Shown here piece after piece: positions 45,435 to 52,009 of a DNA stretch of 52,009 bases. The DNA lies in the NCBI GenBank assembly GCA_042218075.1, contig JBDGRK010000010.1, positions 1 to 52,009 on the forward strand, given 5' to 3'. A program made the translations under genes and the position numbers. The notes below the pieces were generated by a model. The model saw nothing but the letters and a program-made list of their open reading frames with translations, did not search any database and was not told the DNA's origin. The stretch's first letter is position 1. Each line of letters begins with the position of its first letter. Source of the stretch: Candidatus Nanohaloarchaea archaeon (lineage in GTDB: Archaea > Nanohalarchaeota > Nanosalinia > Nanosalinales > Nanosalinaceae).

Positions 45435-45914
45435 TCAGAATCCAATACTCTTCTTGACTATTCTTGAGATCTTTGTAAGCTGGGCGGAGACACCAAGCTC
45501 TTTCAGGAATGCAGCGGAGACAAGTGCCTCCTCATCAAAAAGTCCCAGATCCGATAGAGCTCCAAACGTTCTAACCTCTCTCAGAACCGACACCGCCGGA
45601 ACAACGAGCAGAAAGTCTAGCCAGTGAGTTCGGAAGAAAGTATCTCGATGGCTGGACAGCCTGAACTCTATCGCCAGCCTTGCTGCGAAGTAGACTATAA
45701 CGCCCCAGTTAAGATAGGTGATGTAAATCCTCAGCTTCTCTGTCACAGGTACGAAAAGACCGAACAGTACAACGAAGGTCAGCGAAAGAAGCGCTACAGG
45801 CAGAATCTGGTCGAGAAAAGCTTTAAGCCTGAAAGCTTTCTTCTTGGATATAAGCTGTTCCGTGGCCTCGCCTATCCTCTCCACTTCCTTCCTGTACTCT
45901 TCTGAGAGGTTCAT
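45435..45914 (-). CDS. Ion-transport (voltage-sensor-like) membrane protein without pore domain
   Basis: TM helices, then FFRTHWLDFLLVVP (S2-S3 signature) and LREVR. Start at ATG 45914. Confidence 0.6.
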   Translation of the reverse strand: MNLSEEYRKEVERIGEATEQLISKKKAFRLKAFLDQILPVALLSLTFVVLFGLFVPVTEKLRIYITYLNWGVIVYFAARLAIEFRLSSHRDTFFRTHWLDFLLVVPAVSVLREVRTFGALSDLGLFDEEALVSAAFLKELGVSAQLTKISRIVKKSIGF

Positions 45915-46005
45915 GAAGGAAGATTTAATTTGAGACCGGTTAAAAGTTAAGGCTGAGGATGGCATTAAAAACCGTTACCCAACTAAAACTCTGATAACAG
46001 GCGAG

Positions 46006-46126
46006 GGACCGGTAGCTTAGCCAGGTTATAGCGCCACGCTGATAACAACTGCCAGGCGAAGCAGTTTGGCGGTTCTTGAAAAACTTGGATACGTGGAGAT
46101 CCCCGGTTCAAATCCGGGCCGGTCCA
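46006..46126 (+). tRNA. tRNA-Ile(GAT) with 46-nt intron at 37/38 (intron 46045-46090)
   Basis: Acceptor GGACCGG/CCGGTCC, anticodon stem CCACG/CGTGG, anticodon GAT at 46041-46043, T-arm CCCGG-TTCAAAT-CCGGG. Confidence 0.92.
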
Positions 46127-46264
46127 CTTTAGTCCAGTTAAATGATTGTTCGTCATCTTTTTTCCTCAAATTATTCGATAAATTATTACGAAGTCGTACT
46201 GACAAACCGTAAGGCACTTAATATATTAATCACATAAATATCATATAAGAGGTGAAATTTTGAT

Positions 46265-46492
46265 ATGGCAAGAATAAGCGTTGACGTACCAGAAGGGCTG
46301 AAAGACGAAATCAAGGAAACGGCTGAAAGAAAGAACTTCAAGAGCCCTTCAGAGTACATTCGACAGGCATTGAGAGAGAAGCTGGAAGAGGACAACGAAC
46401 TAGATCCTGAACTACTTCTGAGAGCAATTAAAGTTAAACAGGGCGATGTTGAAACTCAGCCTCTAGAAGAGGTTAGAGAGGAGATCACTTAG
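46265..46492 (+). CDS. Ribbon-helix-helix antitoxin
   Basis: RISVDVP...FKSPSEYIRQALRE; SD GAGGTGA; upstream of a RelE-like gene. Confidence 0.88.
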   Translation: MARISVDVPEGLKDEIKETAERKNFKSPSEYIRQALREKLEEDNELDPELLLRAIKVKQGDVETQPLEEVREEIT

Positions 46493-46506
46493 GGGTAGAA
46501 ATAACC

Positions 46507-46809
46507 TTGGAAGCCAAGCAAGACCTAAAAGAGTTTGAAATAAAAACTAGAGAGGGTCTGCTTGACGAAATAGAAGAAAGACTAGGTAAAGACAGAGATA
46601 ACGATAACATCAGCTACATCAACAAACCGCAGTTCGGAATTGAATTTCATCGATTGAAGTTGACAGAAAACGGCTACAATCACAGAATCTACTTCGACTA
46701 CATAGATTCAGAATTGGTAGTTTTCGCTGTCAGGCACCGCGGCTATGCTTACTCGGAAGAAGATCTAAAAGATGTTGAAAGGCGACTGAACAATATGAAA
46801 ATAGATTAA
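46507..46809 (+). CDS. RelE/ParE-like toxin
   Basis: EAKQDL helix, FHRLKL, HRIYF, VVFAVRHRGYAY. The frame is open upstream (GVEIT), so the true start may be near 46489. Confidence 0.8.
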   Translation: MEAKQDLKEFEIKTREGLLDEIEERLGKDRDNDNISYINKPQFGIEFHRLKLTENGYNHRIYFDYIDSELVVFAVRHRGYAYSEEDLKDVERRLNNMKID

Positions 46810-47159
46810 TTGTGTGAGAAGATGCTGAATATCAGCTATAATAAGAACTCGATATTCTGATTATCGAAAAACTCAGTTACGAGAATTACTGAGGGATTTT
46901 GATACGTCACTGACCATTAGATGCCGATGAATCGTTCGCTCGAACATGATATGTCATAAACATCACTATGCTTAATAAAGGTTTTAAAGGGTAAAGAAGT
47001 ACCGGGGAGGACTTGTTGAACATCCTTCTATCTTACATCTCTCCTTCAATCATATTTTCTTTCTAATGAGAATATTTTCAATTATTTGAGAATAGCCAGA
47101 AATTTGCTACTGAATTGTGAGGATAAAATAACAAAAAGGTTTTGCTATATTTGAAACCT

Positions 47160-47546
47160 ATGGATCCTCGGGCGGATCATGCCATCACAAATAAGGCAAG
47201 ATTATTGTCAGAAATTCATAATGAGGCAGAAAACGAGGAATTCAGATGGGATAATATTCACGTCGACAAAACGTACTCGATGGCAGATGGATTGGATCCG
47301 AAGAAACATCAAACTGACGGCATGATACATATATTGCTGGAAAACGGAGCTCAGGCCTACGGATTATTTGTAAAGACAGTAACCGACCCTGAAGAAATGG
47401 AATATCGTTTAGAAGACGTTGAGAAACAAATGGGGAGAGCCTACGAGTTTCTTGATGAAGAATATCCAGGTTTTGCGGATGTCGGCGCTATCTTATTTAC
47501 AGAAAGAAGCGGAAAAGAATATGAGGTCGTTGAATTTGAGAAATAA
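47160..47546 (+). CDS. Hypothetical protein, possible degenerate PD-(D/E)xK fold
   Basis: TDGMIHI...LFVKT...KQMGRAY pattern; AT-rich codon use. Start placed at ATG 47160. Confidence 0.5.
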   Translation: MDPRADHAITNKARLLSEIHNEAENEEFRWDNIHVDKTYSMADGLDPKKHQTDGMIHILLENGAQAYGLFVKTVTDPEEMEYRLEDVEKQMGRAYEFLDEEYPGFADVGAILFTERSGKEYEVVEFEK

Positions 47547-47548
47547 TT

Positions 47549-47800
47549 TCAACCGTAGTGCTCCTCAAGATACTCAACTATATCATCGCTCTCTGGCATC
47601 ACTGTGTCAGTGTTTGGATCAACCAGCACCGGTACTCCTGTCTGGCCTGAAACCTCTTCTACTTCCGGCCTATCCCCACTCGGAGAAACCTGGCGGGCGA
47701 TGAAGTCTATCTGTAATTCAGTGAGCTTTTTCCTGACTTTGGAGCAGAAAGGACAGCCCTCGAACTGGTAGAGTTCAAGCATCTGGTCGAGTTGAGTCAT
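47549..47800 (-). CDS. Glutaredoxin-like (GST-N) protein
   Basis: LYQFEGCPFC, SGQTGVPVLVD, ESDDIVEYL. Confidence 0.92.
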   Translation of the reverse strand: MTQLDQMLELYQFEGCPFCSKVRKKLTELQIDFIARQVSPSGDRPEVEEVSGQTGVPVLVDPNTDTVMPESDDIVEYLEEHYG

Positions 47801-47843
47801 TTTATTTCACCTGTGAGTATAATCCAATCCGACTGTTAAAACA

Positions 47844-48275
47844 CTATCCTTCGATCTCCTCAACCGCTCTCTCAAGCAGCTCCACCTGTTCATCGTAGGT
47901 TAGAAGTGATTTAGCATCTCTCTCCCTGAAGAAGAATCCCTGTGAATGCTCTTCATGAGGATTCCCTCCCACATCTACGATTGCATTCTCATCCACTTTT
48001 ACCAGAAACCCGGAATATTTTCTCTCAACTTCCTCTCCGTCATCCTCGTAGCTCCACTCAACGGCTTGATCAAGACGTCGAATACTCTCTATCTCATTCC
48101 CATCTATACCTGCCTCCTCCTTCAGCTCCTGCCTGACCGTCTCCTCCTCTGCATCTTCCAGGTGGCCCTTCGGGAGCTCCCAGCCCTCCCAGTTCTTCTG
48201 CCTCTTCAGAACTATGAAACGGGGATTCCTCTCCTGCTTGTATGCAGCAATTATGACACCTTTTTCAGTTCTCAT
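47844..48275 (-). CDS. NUDIX hydrolase
   Basis: WELPKGHLE...RQELKEEAG. Confidence 0.88.
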   Translation of the reverse strand: MRTEKGVIIAAYKQERNPRFIVLKRQKNWEGWELPKGHLEDAEEETVRQELKEEAGIDGNEIESIRRLDQAVEWSYEDDGEEVERKYSGFLVKVDENAIVDVGGNPHEEHSQGFFFRERDAKSLLTYDEQVELLERAVEEIEG

Positions 48276-48388
48276 ATCAGATTATACGTGGTCCAAATTC
48301 TTTAAATCAGGTTGAAGCCGGGCAGAGGCTGAAACGGGCAAATAGTTTTTATAGCTGTGGACCGAGTTTACCATTATTAGGTGTAAAC

Positions 48389-49012
48389 ATGATTAAACGG
48401 CTGAAAGAGCTCTTCAACAATCTTTTCAGCGGTTCCGAGGATGATATCAGCATAGGTATCTACGGTCCTCCCAACGCAGGGAAGTCGACACTGGCGAACA
48501 AGATTTCGGAAGACCTGACCGGGGAGGAAATGAGTGATGTTTCGGAAGTTCCGCATGAAACCAGGGCTGTCGAGAAAAAGGAGAAAGCGACGATTGAGGC
48601 AGAGGGCAGGGAACTTGAGATAAACCTGCTGGATATGCCAGGGATTTCAACAAACGTGGACTTCAAGGATTTCACCGAACATGGATTGGAAGAGGATGAA
48701 GCGAAGGGAAGAGCCAAGGAGGCCACGAAGGGTATCGTAGAGGCTATAAAGTATCTTGATGACGTGGATGCATGCCTGGTCATCTTTGACGCGACCGAAG
48801 ATCCGTATACTCAGGTGAACGTCACTATTATCGGCAACCTGGAGGCGAAGGACATACCGATACTGGTTCTTGCGAACAAGATCGATCTTGAGGACGCTGA
48901 CCCTGAAAGAGTGAGAGATGCGTTCCCGCAGCACCCTGTACTCGAGATTTCCGCGAAAGAAGGCACTAACATAGACAAACTTTATCAGGAAATAGTTGAA
49001 AGGTTAGGTTAA
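48389..49012 (+). CDS. oapA: Era-like GTPase (OapA/ArvA)
   Basis: IGIYGPPNAGKSTLAN, PHETR, DMPG, DPYTQVN, NKID, ISA. Confidence 0.9.
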   Translation: MIKRLKELFNNLFSGSEDDISIGIYGPPNAGKSTLANKISEDLTGEEMSDVSEVPHETRAVEKKEKATIEAEGRELEINLLDMPGISTNVDFKDFTEHGLEEDEAKGRAKEATKGIVEAIKYLDDVDACLVIFDATEDPYTQVNVTIIGNLEAKDIPILVLANKIDLEDADPERVRDAFPQHPVLEISAKEGTNIDKLYQEIVERLG

Positions 49013-49395
49013 TGGGAGAGGAAGGTGTCACCATAGAGTTTCTCTCAAGAGAAAAGCTTGGAGAACACGAATTCGAGCAGAAGCTGGAGCTTATCCTGGA
49101 GAAAGTTAAGAATGACGCGGTCCTGGTACTTGAGGAATCCTGGACTCCTGACGAGAAGAGAGAACTGATTGAGAATTCCATGGAGGAGGTGGACGAGGAT
49201 TTTCCGGGCGTTGAATTCATGGGATTAGACTCCGCGACCTCGAAGCTGGAGAAGGCCAGGAACTTCCTGTATGACCGGATTCTTGACGAAGAGTACAGGA
49301 GAGGAATAACTATAGTTGGAAATTCAAGGGTTATGGAAAAAATCAAGGAAGAGCGGGACTCGGTTTCATTCCTAGCAAAGATGGAAGAAGAGTAG
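49012..49395 (+). CDS. oapB: DUF2073 protein (OapB/ArvB)
   Basis: VLVLEESWTPDEKRELIE, FPGVE, ITIVG; second gene of the conserved triplet. Confidence 0.85.
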   Translation: MGEEGVTIEFLSREKLGEHEFEQKLELILEKVKNDAVLVLEESWTPDEKRELIENSMEEVDEDFPGVEFMGLDSATSKLEKARNFLYDRILDEEYRRGITIVGNSRVMEKIKEERDSVSFLAKMEEE

Positions 49396-49405
49396 GTGAT
49401 TAAAA

Positions 49406-49795
49406 ATTCCACACAGGTGCATGAACTGCGGCAAGACGTACGAGGACGATTCTGACGAGTTGATCGAGGGATGCGAATGCGGTTCCTCGCTATTCATATT
49501 CGAGAAAGAGCCGGGAGAAGAATTCTCAGAGGAGGAAAGGACCGAGGTGAGATCGGATATAGAGCAGATGATGGAGGAAGGCATAGAGGAAAGGGAAAAC
49601 ATTAAATTCAGGTTCGATCTAGACTCTATTGTAGTCGAAGAGGAAGGCGTCTATACTATCAACGTCTCAAAACTGCTTGAGGAAGTACCCCTTGTTATCA
49701 GGAAGCAGGAGGGGATGTACCACATCCACCTGCCTTCCGCCTTCGAGCCGGGTAAAACCGATATAACCGAAGAAGAGCTTGATTTAAATGACTGA
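49406..49795 (+). CDS. oapC: Zn-ribbon protein (OapC/ArvC), probable ATT start
   Basis: (M)PHRCMNCG...GCECGSSLF and GVYTINV. The ATT at 49406 follows SD AGGTGA and restores the first CxxC. Confidence 0.85.
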   Translation: MPHRCMNCGKTYEDDSDELIEGCECGSSLFIFEKEPGEEFSEEERTEVRSDIEQMMEEGIEERENIKFRFDLDSIVVEEEGVYTINVSKLLEEVPLVIRKQEGMYHIHLPSAFEPGKTDITEEELDLND

Positions 49796-50045
49796 AGAAG
49801 AACGCGACAGGTTTGGACTTCCGAAGATGAGTACAAATCAGGAGGTAGCTGTATCGTTTACGCTATTCACGCTGGGGACTCTTCTGGTTGTCTCGATGTT
49901 CTACTCGATTTCCAGCGTAGTAGACATAGGTCCCGCCTTAATGGGACTGATCATGATGGCTACAGGCTACGTGTTCGCTATCGAATCGATCAGGGAGTTC
50001 GAGGAGAAAGACCATTTCCTGTCCCGGAAACTGATGGAAAACTAG
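49788..50045 (+). CDS. Small two-TM membrane protein
   Basis: Two hydrophobic helices; overlaps the oapC stop. Confidence 0.7.
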   Translation: MTEEERDRFGLPKMSTNQEVAVSFTLFTLGTLLVVSMFYSISSVVDIGPALMGLIMMATGYVFAIESIREFEEKDHFLSRKLMEN

Positions 50046-50092
50046 GAGATGCTACCATTAAAAAATAAAACCTTTTCTCCAAGTTACTAGTT

Positions 50093-50365
50093 ATGTCGGA
50101 AGAAGTAGAACTAGATTTCAAGTTTTCGAACGAAGAACTCGCAAACTTCCTGGAAAGTTTCTCCGAAAAACTCAGAGAGGGTGAAGTGGGACTGAGCTTC
50201 AGGGGGAGAGAAGAAGTGGAGATAGAACCCAACACAGAGAACCAGGTCGAGATGGAGTTCCAGGAGGGCGAGACTCACAAGAGGCTGGAACTGGAGATAG
50301 AGCTCAACCAGGAGATGGAAAGTACTGAAGACGGAAGGAGAAAGATGAAGGTTAAAGTTGTTTAA
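50093..50365 (+). CDS. Amphi-Trp domain-like protein
   Basis: EELANFLESFSEKLREGEV...LELEIEL pattern, but lacking the terminal Trp. Confidence 0.6.
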   Translation: MSEEVELDFKFSNEELANFLESFSEKLREGEVGLSFRGREEVEIEPNTENQVEMEFQEGETHKRLELEIELNQEMESTEDGRRKMKVKVV

Positions 50366-50709
50366 GAACTGAAGCCTTCCAGAATTTCAATCATCCTGTC
50401 GTTCTGCTCTATTATTCGGTCAAGTTTCTCCTCAATTCCAGAAGAGTTAGCCTCTCTGTTTTTCTCCACAGGCTGCTTTATTTCCTCTTTTTCTTGCTTT
50501 GCCTTCTCTCTCGATTTCTGTTTTCCCTGACTCGCCTCTCTCTTGCTGAGACCTCCTTCCTCAAGCACTTCTATAGGCGTGTCGTTAGCCTTCTCCTCAT
50601 CGCTCTTCTCCTCCTGGGCTGCTTGCTTCAGAGTATCGAAAGAGGCCGTGTTTTCATCCGAATCTCCCTGATTCTTTATATCATCCTTTACATTGTCATA
50701 ATAGCTCAT
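50362..50709 (-). CDS. Hypothetical low-complexity protein with C-terminal QNxR helix
   Basis: MSYYDNV...LDRIIEQNDRMIEILE. Start at ATG 50709 after SD GGAGGTGG. Confidence 0.7.
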   Translation of the reverse strand: MSYYDNVKDDIKNQGDSDENTASFDTLKQAAQEEKSDEEKANDTPIEVLEEGGLSKREASQGKQKSREKAKQEKEEIKQPVEKNREANSSGIEEKLDRIIEQNDRMIEILEGFSS

Positions 50710-51022
50710 CCATTCCACCTCCTGCATTTTTAGAATCGTCTTTTTCGCTTCTATCTGTTACTCTGTGAGAGCTGGAGGAGCCGGAACTTCTCGAAGAACT
50801 CCTGCCTGAGTTCGAATCACCCTTTATATCCTTCAGGAGAGCTATAATCCTCTTGTTCTGGCTGTGGATATCCTCAAGTGTGATCTCGGGGGAACTCCTT
50901 GAACCAGAACTTTTTTCCTCAGAGATTCTTTCCTCCACGTCCGATTTAAGCCTTGATTCATCCTCTGAGGCGGAAATCCTTACTTCTCCCTTTTCAGTCG
51001 TATCCTTGTCAAAAAGACCCAT
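50696..51022 (-). CDS. Hypothetical Ser-rich protein with QNxR helix
   Basis: MGLFDKD...LEDIHSQNKRIIALLKDI...GGGMDELL. Confidence 0.7.
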   Translation of the reverse strand: MGLFDKDTTEKGEVRISASEDESRLKSDVEERISEEKSSGSRSSPEITLEDIHSQNKRIIALLKDIKGDSNSGRSSSRSSGSSSSHRVTDRSEKDDSKNAGGGMDELL

Positions 51023-51076
51023 ACATGCTAATTCCATTAGCCTAAATAAAAGACTTTGTCCCCTGAAAGTGAAAAT

Positions 51077-51559
51077 ATGGAGGCCGAGGTAGATCCTGGC
51101 GGAAGAATTGAGATACTTTTGGAGAACCTTGAGAAGAGAGTTGAAAAAGTGGAGATTGAAGAAGGACGGCTGAAAGTCGAGGCTGAAGACGTTTCAGTTC
51201 TCGAAAGAACTCCAGGGGTTGAAAGCTTCACGGTGGAAGAGGAGAAGAGAAGTGGTATAGGAGGTAAACCCGTGGAAGAGATGGCCTTCACCAGGATAGA
51301 ATCAAGGGAGGATGCGGTCAGGGCTTTTCTCGCTACAGTGGAAGGATACAATCTCGTGGTGCTTGAGACGGAACGGATCTGGGACCTCAGACAGCTGAGA
51401 AGATACAATCCTGACATCAAGCACCTGAAATCCAGCGACCCTGTGGAAGAGCTTGGTATAGAGAGATGCGTTGGAGAAGTAGAGGGTAAGAAAAAGATCG
51501 GGATAGAGATGCCTGATAAAAGTAAGGTAGAAAAAATCTACAGGGAGAAACTGACTTGA
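51077..51559 (+). CDS. Hypothetical protein resembling a degenerate ThiI
   Basis: VLERTPGVESF and GIGGKPV segments; no intact SGGxDS motif. Start at ATG 51077. Confidence 0.5.
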   Translation: MEAEVDPGGRIEILLENLEKRVEKVEIEEGRLKVEAEDVSVLERTPGVESFTVEEEKRSGIGGKPVEEMAFTRIESREDAVRAFLATVEGYNLVVLETERIWDLRQLRRYNPDIKHLKSSDPVEELGIERCVGEVEGKKKIGIEMPDKSKVEKIYREKLT

Positions 51560-51605
51560 AAACTTGCAAAGATTTAAACCTGAACCTGTTACAACTCTTG
51601 ATAGG

Positions 51606-51917
51606 ATGAAAGAGATAGACTACGAAAAGGCGGAATACGTCACCAACAGAGAGGTGGAGAACGACGAGGGAGAGAAAACCGGCAGAGTCAAGATGTTCTC
51701 CTACGACAAAGAGATGTACCACTACCAGATAAAATGTCCCTACTGCGGAAACGAGTGGGAGGACTCGGAAGAACTGGAATCCCGACCGTGGTGGATCGAG
51801 TGTCCTGAATGCGGAAGATCGACAAACGTCAACAGGATCAAAGACGCAGCAAAAAAGGAGATAAAGAACCGAGGTCCCGATGCCGATGTTGACGAAGCAG
51901 ACGTTGATGTAACTTGA
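51606..51917 (+). CDS. Zinc-ribbon protein
   Basis: CPYCG and CPECG pairs; start placed at ATG 51606. Confidence 0.75.
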   Translation: MKEIDYEKAEYVTNREVENDEGEKTGRVKMFSYDKEMYHYQIKCPYCGNEWEDSEELESRPWWIECPECGRSTNVNRIKDAAKKEIKNRGPDADVDEADVDVT

Positions 51918-52009
51918 TCGGAAGTTCAGTACTCATCCTGTATATTCTCATAACTTTCTTTAATCGAATAAAAATCCGATCGAGCATCCTCCCCATGAAG
52001 AATACCGCT

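Noticed and set aside
46199-46213. CTGAC-AAACC-GTAAG upstream of the RHH antitoxin as a regulon site
   Set aside because: The spacer is 5 rather than 6 nt and the site lies in an unrelated islet. It is more likely chance or the toxin-antitoxin operator.
46100-47546. Intact provirus or integrative element at tRNA-Ile
   Set aside because: No integrase and no duplicated tRNA 3' end (att site) were seen in the window. Kept only as a remnant islet.
1-52009. CRISPR array, rRNA or transposase
   Set aside because: No regularly spaced repeats, rRNA-like tracts or transposase motifs were found by eye.

Overview
Chromosomal window of a halophilic archaeon, most likely Candidatus Nanohaloarchaeota (DPANN). 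This is inferred from very Glu-rich proteins, dense packing, many apparently leaderless genes, and archaeal MCM, Cdc6, TBP, aIF2-beta, S8e, L37e, Sm and BHB-intron tRNAs. The first ~18.2 kb is a redox/sulfur/carbon cluster: RpiB-Rpe fusion, two DsrE proteins, Rdx protein, HxlR regulator, NDH-2-like and malate:quinone oxidoreductases, NnrE, disulfide reductase, GH15 glucoamylase, membrane-anchored MsrA and MsrB, DUF3179, TauE, CcdA and TlpA. About ten intergenic copies of a palindrome, CTWAC-N6-GTWAG, mostly just upstream of TATA-like boxes, suggest one regulon, probably run by the Cys-containing HxlR protein in the cluster. This is the best candidate for an undescribed system. Next come three peptidases, Rpp30/Pop5, TBP, a PIN-type toxin-antitoxin pair, an MCM with three LAGLIDADG inteins, RPA and SSB proteins, cdc6 with a candidate origin, an Sm-L37e-tRNA-Lys unit, tRNA-Ile with an AT-rich islet, and oapABC. 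Reading the sequence directly also gave several microproteins absent from the ORF track, probable ATA/ATT start codons, a nonsense-interrupted ORF, a stand-alone voltage-sensor-like protein, and degenerate ThiI-like and GGCT-like proteins. All family calls rest on motif recognition by eye; no database searches were run.
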